Source of the DNA: Coprothermobacterota bacterium
GTDB lineage: Bacteria; Coprothermobacterota; HKB111
Direction: 5' to 3'
DNA: 30,459 bases
Assembly (NCBI GenBank): GCA_037440465.1
Contig: JBBIUB010000016.1
Coordinates: forward strand, 1-30,459
Below, one piece after another: positions 10,398 to 19,427 of this stretch. The position numbers were made by a program, and so were the translations under genes. How positions within the stretch are numbered: position 1 is the first letter of the stretch; each line of letters opens with the position of its first letter. The notes under the pieces were generated by a model that saw only the letters and a list, made by a program, of their open reading frames with translations, had not been told where the DNA came from and did not search any database.

Positions 10398-11465
10398 TTG
10401 GAAAAAAACAGTTTTGTTTTTTCAATAGTTGTTCTTATTATTTTAGGATGTTTCGTAATTTTGAGCAGTAGTGCAGCTTGGGCTTACCTTAAGACTGGTG
10501 ACGCAATGAGTTTCTCTCAACGTCATCTTGTATATCTCATTTTTAGTGTTTTGTTCACAGTAGTTGCATACTTTTCTGGTGTTACCGTACTTATAAAAAT
10601 TGCTCCCTTTGCTTCTATAATTTCTCTTCTTCTTTTGCTTACACTTTTTATACCTGGTGTTCGCCTGGAAATTAATAATGCAAGAAGATGGATAGAAATT
10701 CTCCCAGGACTGACATTCCAGCCATCTAACCTGGCCTTGTCTTGTTACTTAATATACTCTTCATTATTTTTTTCACACCTAAAAAATGGGATAAGATATT
10801 TTAGAGATATGTTACCTCATCTTGTAATAACAATGATATTTGCAACTTTGATATACTTAGAACCAGACTTTGGTGGAGCTTTAATGTTGGTTTTTATGGG
10901 TTTTTTCTTTTATATTTCTGTGGGTATTCCTTTAAGAATAATAGTTCCAATAGCTGTTGTATCTATACTTTTAATTGGCATACTTGTTCTTGCTGCTCCT
11001 TATAGAATAGAAAGGGTATTGGCCTTTATGAATCCTGAAGAGAGAGTTTCATATCAAGTTAAACAAAGCCTGGAAGCTATTAGCTCGGGTGGATTATTTG
11101 GGCAGGGATTGGGTAGAGGTAAAGCACGTCTTTTATACCTTCCGCATTCATTTTCAGATTTTTCACTCGCAGTATTTCTTGAAGAAACAGGTTTTATTGG
11201 AGGACTTCTTTTATTCACAACGATTTCATTATTTATTTTTTCAGGATTTAAAATAGTATTTTCTTCAAATAATTTATTCTCTATATTATACGGGTCAGCA
11301 GTACTTGTAAAAATAGCTCTTTATATCCTGATTAATGCAGCTGTATCTGTTGCTTTACTTCCTGTTAAAGGACTTCCCTTTCCTTTTTTAAGTTATGGAG
11401 GTACTTTTTTAGTAATAACAATGACAGAAGTAGGCTTCGTTTTATCTCTTGGTAGAAAAAGATGA
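10398..11465 (+). CDS. ftsW: SEDS family peptidoglycan polymerase FtsW
   Basis: NNARRWI, FQPS, EPDFG, YQVKQS..GGLFGQG, SDF, PFLSYGG; located between mraY and murG; TTG start. Confidence 0.9.
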   Translation: MEKNSFVFSIVVLIILGCFVILSSSAAWAYLKTGDAMSFSQRHLVYLIFSVLFTVVAYFSGVTVLIKIAPFASIISLLLLLTLFIPGVRLEINNARRWIEILPGLTFQPSNLALSCYLIYSSLFFSHLKNGIRYFRDMLPHLVITMIFATLIYLEPDFGGALMLVFMGFFFYISVGIPLRIIVPIAVVSILLIGILVLAAPYRIERVLAFMNPEERVSYQVKQSLEAISSGGLFGQGLGRGKARLLYLPHSFSDFSLAVFLEETGFIGGLLLFTTISLFIFSGFKIVFSSNNLFSILYGSAVLVKIALYILINAAVSVALLPVKGLPFPFLSYGGTFLVITMTEVGFVLSLGRKR

Positions 11466-12511
11466 GGATAGTCGTTACTGGAGGTGGTACAGGAGGCCAC
11501 TATTATCCAGCTGTTTCTCTTATTGATTATTTACAGAAAAATGGTTTTGAAATTATATATATTGGTTCAAAAAACGGAATTGAAGTAAAGTTATGCAATA
11601 AGGTCTCATACCCTTTCTATGTATTAGATTCAAAACCATTAGGAATTTCGTATGTGTATAATAACCTTAAGGCAATAGCTAAAGCACTCAAAATTTTAAA
11701 AATAGTGAACCCCCAAGTTGTTGTGGGGTTTGGAGGCTATGTTATGGCTCCTGTTATTTTAGCTTCAATAATAAAGAAGACGCCTTTTATTCTACATGAA
11801 CAAAATGTTGTACCCGGAAGAGCTAATAAGATTTTTGCACCTTTTGCCCGAGCTATTACCTTGGGATTTAAAGAAGCGGTTCCTAAAATAAATTCAAGAA
11901 AGGTTTATGTAACTGGAACGCCTATTAGAAAAGAGTTTAGCTATGTAAATCAATCAAATAGTAGAGAGTTTTTTAGTATTCCCCAAAAAAGTAAAGTCTT
12001 GCTTATCCTTGGTGGGAGTAAGGGTTCAACCTTTATTAATAACCTTGCAATCTCAGTACTACCTTCTTTATTACAGGACACAAATCTTTATGTGATACAT
12101 ATAACCGGATTAAGTGATTTCAAGGAAGTCAATGATAAATGTATAAAAGACAGATTAGAGAATAGGTGGAAAGTAATATCGTATTTAGAGAATGTCTGGG
12201 ATGCCATAGCTTCATCTCAACTTGTAGTTACCAGGGGAGGGGGAAGCTCTCTCGCTGAACTTTCTGCTTTTAAGACACCAGCTATTGTGATACCATATCC
12301 TTATGCTGTTTCAGATCATCAGTATTATAATGGCATTGCTTATGTCTCACAGTATGGCGGAGCAGTTTACAAAGAAAAAGATGTATCTAAAGAGATTGTA
12401 TTTCAGAAAGTTCAAGAAATTCTAAACTCTGCTCAACAACTAAGTGATTCTGACGTAGTTGAAAATGCTTCATTAAAAATCATGAATTTAATTAGAAAAA
12501 TATTCCCTTGA
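11462..12511 (+). CDS. murG: Undecaprenyl-PP-MurNAc-pentapeptide GlcNAc transferase MurG
   Basis: GGGTGGH, GFGGY, HEQNVVPGRAN, GGSKG, HQYYN. Confidence 0.95.
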   Translation: MRIVVTGGGTGGHYYPAVSLIDYLQKNGFEIIYIGSKNGIEVKLCNKVSYPFYVLDSKPLGISYVYNNLKAIAKALKILKIVNPQVVVGFGGYVMAPVILASIIKKTPFILHEQNVVPGRANKIFAPFARAITLGFKEAVPKINSRKVYVTGTPIRKEFSYVNQSNSREFFSIPQKSKVLLILGGSKGSTFINNLAISVLPSLLQDTNLYVIHITGLSDFKEVNDKCIKDRLENRWKVISYLENVWDAIASSQLVVTRGGGSSLAELSAFKTPAIVIPYPYAVSDHQYYNGIAYVSQYGGAVYKEKDVSKEIVFQKVQEILNSAQQLSDSDVVENASLKIMNLIRKIFP

Positions 12512-12526
12512 GTAGGTTATACTTAT

Positions 12527-13489
12527 ATGAAGATGAAAGCATATTTTAAAGAAGAGCTAAATAATAATGGTCCGTTAAGTGATATTATTCCTTCCTTGAT
12601 TAAAGTAGGAATAAAGGTAGATTTCAATAGTAGTTTAAAGAATCTGACCTCTTTCAGGATAGGTGGAAGAGCTGAAATACTTATTACTCCTCAAAACGAG
12701 GAGCAATTAAAACATACAGTCAATAACTTAATAAAAGAAACTACAGAACTGAACCTGCCTTATTTTATTTTAGGTGGAGGCTCGAATTTATTGATTACTG
12801 ATGAACTTTTGAGGGGTATTGTTATCCGAACTTTTTTCCGATCCCCCCTTGAGTTCGATGGTAATTACTTATGGGTATGTGGAGCTGAACCTGTTTCAAG
12901 AATAATTGCTTATTGCAGTCACCAAGGTCTTTCAGGGTTAGAATTTCTTGCTGGTATTCCTGGCACAATTGGTGGTTCTATAGTTATGAATGCTGGAACA
13001 AATAGTGATGCAATTGGAGAGGCAGTTGTTTATGTCCACACCTGGTTGAAAGAAGAAAAAGTATATACACCTTTAGACCTTGGGTTTTCATACCGTTCAT
13101 CTTATCTCCAGGGTAAAGGGACAGTCGTTTTGAAAACTGCTCTTAAAGTTAAACGAGATGAACCTTTGCGTGTAATTAGAAGAGTTAGAGAATTTCTTAT
13201 AAAAAGAAGGAAGAGACAACCGATTACCTTGCCAAGTGCTGGATCAGTTTTTAAGAATCCACCTTTCAAATCAGCAGGACTGCTTTTAGAAGAAGCAGGT
13301 GTAAAAGGTTTAAGAGTTGGTGGTGCCCAGGTTTCGTATACTCATGCTAATTTTATAGTTAATATTGATGAAGCAACTGCTCAGGATGTCCTGACTTTGA
13401 TGAAGCATATGCAGGAAGCTACCAAGGCTAAGTGTGGAGTTGAACTTGAGCCAGAGATAATATACATCGGCAATCAAAGTGACCGTTAG
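12527..13489 (+). CDS. murB: UDP-N-acetylmuramate dehydrogenase MurB
   Basis: SFRIGG, LGGGSNLL, GIPGTIGG..MNAG, SAGSVFKNP, HANFIVN, LEPE. Confidence 0.95.
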   Translation: MKMKAYFKEELNNNGPLSDIIPSLIKVGIKVDFNSSLKNLTSFRIGGRAEILITPQNEEQLKHTVNNLIKETTELNLPYFILGGGSNLLITDELLRGIVIRTFFRSPLEFDGNYLWVCGAEPVSRIIAYCSHQGLSGLEFLAGIPGTIGGSIVMNAGTNSDAIGEAVVYVHTWLKEEKVYTPLDLGFSYRSSYLQGKGTVVLKTALKVKRDEPLRVIRRVREFLIKRRKRQPITLPSAGSVFKNPPFKSAGLLLEEAGVKGLRVGGAQVSYTHANFIVNIDEATAQDVLTLMKHMQEATKAKCGVELEPEIIYIGNQSDR

Positions 13490-14174
13490 AGTTTTCACTA
13501 CTTTTGTTTTTATCCCTTTTTTAGTCTTAATAATTATTCCTTCGATTTTTACAGGTATTTACCAGAATTATCCAGTAAAAACTATTATTAATGAAGTGCC
13601 TGGTGATTTGATCAACTTTTTTTTGGGTCAAAATTTTTCTTTTAGTGAATTTATTTTTCTCAATGAGGGAAGGCTTAGTCGTAAAATCCTGCAAGAGTAT
13701 CCCTTAGTAAAGGAAGTAACCATTCAACGTTTTTTTCCAAATAATCTTCAAATAAAGGGCTTTCCAAGAGAGATATTAATAATTATTAGCTATAATGAAG
13801 ATAAATATTTACTTGATTTAGAAGGTAAAATAATCAGATATAAACCTAAAGAACCTTTACCATATCATATAATTACAATTAAAAGTTCTTATTTTGTTAC
13901 TGAAAGTAATCTTAATAAAATTGGCAACAATTTATATATATTGGAATTAAGTGAAGTTGGTATACTTGAGAAAATTAACCAGATTGAACTTTTCGATCCA
14001 GAAAATCTTTTAATTCAATTTATAAATGGATGTATTGTAAAAGTACCCATTTCAAAACTGGTTTCTTTATCGCAAAATATTTTATCTCTTTATCCTTTAC
14101 ATGGAGAGAATACAATATTAGATTTCAGGTTTAATAATATAATTGTGATTAAGAAAGATGAGGAAAGTAAATGA
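13479..14174 (+). CDS. ftsQ: Probable FtsQ/DivIB cell division protein
   Basis: N-terminal TM, POTRA-like YPLVKEVTIQRFFPNNLQI, C-terminal LDFRF; position after murB. Confidence 0.7.
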   Translation: MTVRVFTTFVFIPFLVLIIIPSIFTGIYQNYPVKTIINEVPGDLINFFLGQNFSFSEFIFLNEGRLSRKILQEYPLVKEVTIQRFFPNNLQIKGFPREILIIISYNEDKYLLDLEGKIIRYKPKEPLPYHIITIKSSYFVTESNLNKIGNNLYILELSEVGILEKINQIELFDPENLLIQFINGCIVKVPISKLVSLSQNILSLYPLHGENTILDFRFNNIIVIKKDEESK

Positions 14175-14881
14175 GAAATATCATTTTCTTTTTCCTAGTA
14201 CTTAGCATCATTACTGGTTTATTAATAGGTGTGCAACTAAAGAATTCTGTTTCCAAAATAGACCTTTCAGCAATGGGTGACCTTGATATCTTATTCCTTT
14301 GGAGAGAAGTAGAAAAATCAACAGAAGAACTTCAAAAAGAAAATAACGGATTGAAAAATGAAATAAAGAAGTTAGAGAACGAGATATCTTTTGATGAAGA
14401 TACCACTGCACTTCTCAAGAAAAGAGAAGACCTTAAAACTAAAGCAGGATTTGGAACAATGATTGGAACTGGATTGGTGGTAACTCTTGCTGACAGTAAC
14501 CAAAAAGTACGAGAAAGAGACGACCCTTATTTTTATTTAATTCACGATTCATATCTTCGTGCAGTTGTAAATGTACTTAAAAGTGGAGGAGCAAGAGGAA
14601 TTTCTATAGGATCAGAAAGGTTAAATATTGGTTCTAAAATAACTTGTGTTGGCAAGGTTATTATGGTTGATGGCAAGAGAATTGCTCCACCTTATGAAAT
14701 AAAAGCTATTGGTGATCCAGTTTCTCTTGCTAATATAATAAGGACATCATCTTTTTTTCGCATGCTTGAACATTACAGAGATAATTTTGGTATACAATTA
14801 GGTGTTAAAATACTTCCTCTGATTGAGCTACCTCCATCCCAGGAATCATTAAACCTTGAATTATTTGAGGTTTTACCATGA
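14171..14881 (+). CDS. DUF881 domain protein (YlxW/YlxX-like)
   Basis: TM, coiled coil, AG..GTGLVVTLADS, IHD..VVNVLKSGGARGISI, PPYEIKAIGDP. Confidence 0.85.
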   Translation: MRNIIFFFLVLSIITGLLIGVQLKNSVSKIDLSAMGDLDILFLWREVEKSTEELQKENNGLKNEIKKLENEISFDEDTTALLKKREDLKTKAGFGTMIGTGLVVTLADSNQKVRERDDPYFYLIHDSYLRAVVNVLKSGGARGISIGSERLNIGSKITCVGKVIMVDGKRIAPPYEIKAIGDPVSLANIIRTSSFFRMLEHYRDNFGIQLGVKILPLIELPPSQESLNLELFEVLP

Positions 14882-15528
14882 TATCTAAACCCAATCTCAC
14901 ATTCATAGCCTTATGCCTGTTTATCACAACTATTTTTACAGTAATGTTATTCAAAACGAGAGAATCAATTTATAGAGAAGTTGGTCCAACCACAACCCAA
15001 GAGGCGGTCTCTTATTTAAAAGAATTAAACATTAAAAAAGAAGAACTTCACAAAGAAAAAGAATCTCTTGAGCTAAGAAAAAGACAGTTAAGCGCTGCAT
15101 ATGTTGAGAAGGGAGAATTTATTGATTTAGTAAATAATGAAATTAATAAACTTGAAGGATATTTAGGTTATAAAAGAGTTAGTGGTTTGGGCATAAAAAT
15201 TGTCTTAGAATCACCTGAAGGTTATATTGTATCCGTAGAAACGATTCTTGATCTAATAAATGATCTCTGGTCATCTGGAGCTGTCGCAATAACTATTAAT
15301 GAAAAAAGAGTAACATGGGAGACTTATTTTGAACTAACTGAAGAAGATCTTCTAATGAATGAGATGGAAATTAATCAACCTTATTTAATAGAAGTAATAG
15401 GTCCAGAAGATGTTATTAGAGGAACCATGTATATGCCTGGTGGTTTTGTCGAAAAAATGCAACTTAGAGGTATAAATGTAGAAATTACCAAGAATGTTCC
15501 ATTAGATTTACCTTCTAGGGGGGATTGA
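14878..15528 (+). CDS. Second DUF881 domain protein (YlxW/YlxX-like)
   Basis: VSGLGIKI, LINDLWSSGAVAITINEKR, PYLIEVIG. Confidence 0.85.
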   Translation: MISKPNLTFIALCLFITTIFTVMLFKTRESIYREVGPTTTQEAVSYLKELNIKKEELHKEKESLELRKRQLSAAYVEKGEFIDLVNNEINKLEGYLGYKRVSGLGIKIVLESPEGYIVSVETILDLINDLWSSGAVAITINEKRVTWETYFELTEEDLLMNEMEINQPYLIEVIGPEDVIRGTMYMPGGFVEKMQLRGINVEITKNVPLDLPSRGD

Positions 15529-15890
15529 TTATGTTACCATTAGTATTTATTTTTTCAATTTTGTTTGGTGTTGCAATAGGTTTTATTATCCCATGGCAAA
15601 TACCTTTAGTTTTATCAAAGTATGTTTCTGTGGCTATACTTGCTGCACTAGATAGTTTAATTGGCGGGTTGAAAGCAAGTTTAGATAACACTTTTAACAG
15701 TAAAATCTTCTTGAGTGGATTCCTGTTGAATGCTTTATTAGCTGGCTTCTTTGCTTACCTTGGTGATATGTTAGGATTAGACTTGTACCTGGCTGCTGTT
15801 GTCGTATTTGGTACGCGAATTTTTCAGAACATTGCTATTATGAGGAGAATGTTGTTAATGAATTTTAATAAAAAAAAGGAAGAGAGGTAA
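15525..15890 (+). CDS. sbp: Small basic protein Sbp (DUF1290)
   Basis: YVSVAILAALDS..GG, F.SGF..N, LYLAAVVVFGTRIFQNIA.MRR; start may be ATG 15531. Confidence 0.9.
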   Translation: MIMLPLVFIFSILFGVAIGFIIPWQIPLVLSKYVSVAILAALDSLIGGLKASLDNTFNSKIFLSGFLLNALLAGFFAYLGDMLGLDLYLAAVVVFGTRIFQNIAIMRRMLLMNFNKKKEER

Positions 15891-15896
15891 ATTAAA

Positions 15897-16961
15897 ATGG
15901 CGAGGTATGAGTCGCCAATAGAATTTATTACCAATATTAAAGTTGTAGGTATAGGTGGAGCAGGTGGAAATGCAGTAGCCAGAATGTTAAAGAAGGGTGT
16001 TAAGGGTGTTGAATTCATAGCTATGAATACTGATGCACAAGTTTTAAAACGTTCTATAGCACCCACTAAAGTTCAACTTGGCCCAGATACAACAAGAGGA
16101 TTAGGAGCAGGTTCAAATCCTTTAATAGGAGAGAAATCTGCTGAAGAAAGTAGAAAGGTTATAACAGAACATTTAAAAGGTGGCCATCTTGTATTTATCA
16201 CTTGTGGAATGGGCGGGGGTACCGGGACTGGAGGAGCACCTATAGTTGCTGAAATAGCAAAAGAACTTAAGGCTTTAGTGGTAGCAGTAGTCACAAAACC
16301 ATTCAATTTTGAAGGAGTTCGAAGGCAACAGATTGCAGAATATGGGCTTAACAAGATAAGAGATTATGTAGACACCTTAATAGTAGTTGTTAACGATAGG
16401 GTTCTTCAAGATTCAGATGAGAGGCTTAGCATAGTGGACGCTTTTAAAAAGGTAGATGAAGTCCTTTACAATGGTGTTGCAGGTATTTCTGAAATAATAA
16501 CCAAGCCAGGTTTGGTTAACGTAGACTTTAGCGATGTAAGGAACATATTAAGTGATGGTGGAGTTGCTCATTTAAGTATGGGTTCGGGTTCTGGAGAAAG
16601 AGCAGCATATGATGCTGTAGAAAAAGCAATTAATTCTCCTCTTCTTGATACATCTATTAAAGGTGCTAAAAGAGTCCTTTTTAATGTTCGTGGAGGTAAT
16701 ATGTTTAGCCTTGTAGATGTAAATACTATTGGTAGTAGAATCAGGGAAGAAGCGCATAATGAAGCTTTAATAATATATGGAGCTGACATGGATAGGCGGT
16801 TGAAGAACAAGATCAAAGTTACTATTATTGCATCTGATATTGGCACTAAGGAGAATAATTACTTCAATTCCAAAAATCTACTGCTAAGACCTCTCGATAT
16901 TGAAGATATTGAAGTCCCTACTTTCGTTCGTGATGAAAACAACCAAACAAAAACTAAGTGA
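15897..16961 (+). CDS. ftsZ: Cell division protein FtsZ
   Basis: GIGGAGGNAV, NTD, GMGGGTGTG, NVDFSD, C-terminal core DIEVPTFVR. Confidence 0.98.
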   Translation: MARYESPIEFITNIKVVGIGGAGGNAVARMLKKGVKGVEFIAMNTDAQVLKRSIAPTKVQLGPDTTRGLGAGSNPLIGEKSAEESRKVITEHLKGGHLVFITCGMGGGTGTGGAPIVAEIAKELKALVVAVVTKPFNFEGVRRQQIAEYGLNKIRDYVDTLIVVVNDRVLQDSDERLSIVDAFKKVDEVLYNGVAGISEIITKPGLVNVDFSDVRNILSDGGVAHLSMGSGSGERAAYDAVEKAINSPLLDTSIKGAKRVLFNVRGGNMFSLVDVNTIGSRIREEAHNEALIIYGADMDRRLKNKIKVTIIASDIGTKENNYFNSKNLLLRPLDIEDIEVPTFVRDENNQTKTK

Positions 16962-17757
16962 TTATCTCTTAGGACTAATTCTAATCTTATCAGCTATTTT
17001 TATCATTGCTGTCATTGCTTTGCAGTCCTGGCATGTTATAAGTAAACCATTTGGGTTAATGGCAGTTGCTGCTAAGGGCTCATTAAGAATGTCTGCTTTA
17101 AGAGCAGGCTTGATTGTAAAAGAAGGGTCATTTATTGGTAATAAGGTAGATTTACTCAGGGTTACTCCAGGAGAAAAAGTCAAGGAAGGCCAAGAAATAG
17201 CTTTATCTTCATCAGGAAAACCATTACAATCTCCCATTAATGGTATTGTTTACTTTAATGTTAGAGAGCCTATTAGTACTTCTTTAGATCAAGCTTTAAG
17301 TAAATTGCAATCGGGCGGTTTCCCTACAGAGAAAAGTACGCTTGCTTTTATATCTCAAGATAACTTTAAGTTATTAATAAAAGACCTCCCCTGGCATGTT
17401 GAAATAGGAAATACTATTGAGTTAAAGCCTCTTTTCAAGGAAACGACTTTTAAGACAACGGTATCTGAAAGAGTAAAGTACAATGACTCAGAATATTTAG
17501 TACTTCAGGGTGAGTTTTATACTCTTGAGTTATTAGCCTGGCCCTGGTACCTATTTATGATAGAATCAGAACCTTTAGAAGGCATAATTATTTCTAAGGA
17601 TTATTTGAGGTCAGAAGAAGGAAAATATTATGTTCGTGTTTTAAAGAGAGGCAGAACTAATTCACATGAAGTAGAAATCGTTGGTTCAAGGGGAAGTAAT
17701 TATGTTATAAAAGGTATAGAGTATGATGAATATCTATTACCCTGGAAAATATTTTAA
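16933..17757 (+). CDS. Membrane-anchored protein with HlyD/barrel-sandwich-hybrid-like features, function unknown
   Basis: N-terminal TM; PGEKVKEGQEIA..LQSPINGIV resembles a lipoyl-like hybrid domain; C-terminal GIII..EEGKYYVRV..VEIVG..VIKGI; start uncertain (16900-16933), overlaps the ftsZ end. Confidence 0.65.
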   Translation: MKTTKQKLSDYLLGLILILSAIFIIAVIALQSWHVISKPFGLMAVAAKGSLRMSALRAGLIVKEGSFIGNKVDLLRVTPGEKVKEGQEIALSSSGKPLQSPINGIVYFNVREPISTSLDQALSKLQSGGFPTEKSTLAFISQDNFKLLIKDLPWHVEIGNTIELKPLFKETTFKTTVSERVKYNDSEYLVLQGEFYTLELLAWPWYLFMIESEPLEGIIISKDYLRSEEGKYYVRVLKRGRTNSHEVEIVGSRGSNYVIKGIEYDEYLLPWKIF

Positions 17758-17769
17758 TTTAGGTGGGTC

Positions 17770-18102
17770 ATGAATAAAAAGAATTTTTTTCAAAATTTAT
17801 TTAGGGGATTTTTTGGTATAGAATATGTAGAAGAAAATGTTTCTCCAATAACTATTAATCAAGAAAAGGTAGTATTTAGAGAACCATCTTCGTTTAATGA
17901 TGCAAAATTCCTTGCAGATGATATCAAGGCTGGGAAATTAGTAGTGATTAACCTTGATGGCTTAGACAAAGATATCGCAAGAAGAATAGTAGATTTTTCC
18001 ACAGGTTTTATCTATATCCTTGGTGGTAAGATGAAAAGTATTGGTGAAATGATATTTCTGTTAACTCCAAATAATTCAATTTTTGAAGAAAAAGAAGCCT
18101 AA
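17770..18102 (+). CDS. sepF: Cell division protein SepF
   Basis: EPSSFNDAK..ADDIK.G..VVINL..ARRIVDF..G..IFLLTP. Confidence 0.9.
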   Translation: MNKKNFFQNLFRGFFGIEYVEENVSPITINQEKVVFREPSSFNDAKFLADDIKAGKLVVINLDGLDKDIARRIVDFSTGFIYILGGKMKSIGEMIFLLTPNNSIFEEKEA

Positions 18103-18122
18103 AGTAATAATTTATTTGAATA

Positions 18123-18131
18123 TGATATAAT
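18123..18131 (+). promoter_or_regulatory. Extended -10 promoter (TGaTATAAT) for the tRNA-Ser/tRNA-Arg/tadA unit
   Basis: Consensus TGnTATAAT ending 8 nt before the tRNA-Ser 5' end. Confidence 0.7.
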
Positions 18132-18139
18132 TTCTGAGT

Positions 18140-18231
18140 GGAGAGGTGGCTGAGCGGCTGAAGGCACTCGCCTGGAAAGCGTGTAAGGGGATAAAACTCC
18201 TTCGAGGGTTCGAATCCCTCCCTCTCCGCCA
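18140..18231 (+). tRNA. tRNA-Ser(GGA)
   Basis: Acceptor GGAGAGG/CCTCTCC, G73, CCA; loop CT-GGA-AA; long variable arm; TTCGAAT; one T-T mismatch in the anticodon stem. Confidence 0.95.
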
Positions 18232-18248
18232 CATTAATAAATATAGGT

Positions 18249-18325
18249 GCGCCCATAGCTCAACTGGATAGAGCGACGGACTACGGATCCGTAGGTTGGG
18301 GGTTCAAATCCTCCTGGGCGTACCA
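18249..18325 (+). tRNA. tRNA-Arg(ACG)
   Basis: GCGCCCA/TGGGCGT acceptor, ACGGA-CT-ACG-GA-TCCGT, TTCAAAT, ACCA. Confidence 0.97.
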
Positions 18326-18343
18326 ACCATTTTTGTATTAAGT

Positions 18344-18811
18344 ATGAGAGAGTTTGATAAACATATATTCTATATGAAAGAGGCTTTAAAATTAGCGTCC
18401 GAGGCTTTGTCGTCCAGGGAAGTACCTGTAGGAGCGATTGTTGTATATGATAATGAAATTATTGGGAAAGGGCATAATATGAAAGAGTCTTCAAATGACC
18501 CTACAGCTCATGCGGAAATCATAGCTATCCAGGCAGCGTCCCGCCATCTCGGAAGATCTGATTTGAGTAGAGCTTCAATATATGTAACTGTAGAACCTTG
18601 CCCTATGTGTGCTGGCGCTATTCTTCTAAGCAGGATAAGTAATCTTTTTTATGGTACACTAAACCCTACTCTGGGCTCAATTGATACGAATATCAAGATT
18701 AGCCAGATTCCTAATATCGGCTCTTACCCTGTAGTTATAGGAGGAGTTTTAGCAGATGAGTGTCAATCTATCTTAGAGAATTTTTTTAGTGATTTAAGGA
18801 GAGGTGGCTGA
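18344..18811 (+). CDS. tadA: tRNA adenosine(34) deaminase TadA
   Basis: EVPVGA, DPTAHAE, LYVT-like IYVTVEPCPMCAGA; first ATG after the tRNA is 18344; stop codon lies within the next tRNA. Confidence 0.93.
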   Translation: MREFDKHIFYMKEALKLASEALSSREVPVGAIVVYDNEIIGKGHNMKESSNDPTAHAEIIAIQAASRHLGRSDLSRASIYVTVEPCPMCAGAILLSRISNLFYGTLNPTLGSIDTNIKISQIPNIGSYPVVIGGVLADECQSILENFFSDLRRGG

Positions 18812-18890
18812 GTGGTTGAAAGCGCTCGCCTCGAAAGCGAGTAGGGAGATAGTCTCTCCCTCGTGGGTTCGAATCCCTCCCTCTCCGCCA
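18798..18890 (+). tRNA. tRNA-Ser(CGA)
   Basis: GGAGAGG/CCTCTCC-GCCA; CTCGC-CT-CGA-AA-GCGAG; long variable arm GGGAGA/TCTCCC; one T-T mismatch in the T stem. Confidence 0.95.
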
Positions 18891-19040
18891 ATTATCACTT
18901 TTTGGTTTTCATCCAAAAGACACCGCCAAGACATATAGAGATATGATTTCTAATAAAATATCTGTATTTAGATAGAGTAGTTCTTACATGTTTATTTATG
19001 TTTATTAATAAACAAGACATTTATTGTAGAATATAACAGT

Positions 19041-19427
19041 ATGATAATAGGAATTGGAGTTGACATTATATCCTTAAACCGCCTGGAAGAAATGCTTGAA
19101 CATAGAGGTGATAAGCTCCTTGAGAGGTTCTTATCGCCTAACGAAATATCAGAATTTCTCAAGAAAGGAAGAGATGTAAAATATTTAGGTGGTAGATTTT
19201 GTGCTAAGGAGGCTGTTATTAAGGCTTTAAGCGATATTCCAGAAGGGTTCAGATTTAATAGAATAGAGGTATTGAGTGGGGAAAAAGGATCTCCAGAGAT
19301 ACATTTTTCTAACGAAATCCTCCAAAAATATCCAATTATTAATAATTATAGATTTCATATTAGCATAAGCCACGAGCAAAACATAGCCATTTCCATGGTA
19401 GTTATTGAAAATGTTTCCTGTCCTTAA
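19041..19427 (+). CDS. acpS: Holo-ACP synthase AcpS
   Basis: IIGIGVDI, GRFCAKEAVIKAL, ISISHE. Confidence 0.95.
   Translation: MIIGIGVDIISLNRLEEMLEHRGDKLLERFLSPNEISEFLKKGRDVKYLGGRFCAKEAVIKALSDIPEGFRFNRIEVLSGEKGSPEIHFSNEILQKYPIINNYRFHISISHEQNIAISMVVIENVSCP

Noticed and set aside
18008..18343. ORF 18008-18256 and the TTG 18296 extension of tadA
   Set aside because: They translate tRNA sequence
18898..18928. Weak hairpin and a CCGCCA echo of the tRNA-Ser 3' end
   Set aside because: 6-bp stem without a T tract, and a 6-bp repeat is too short to call an att site
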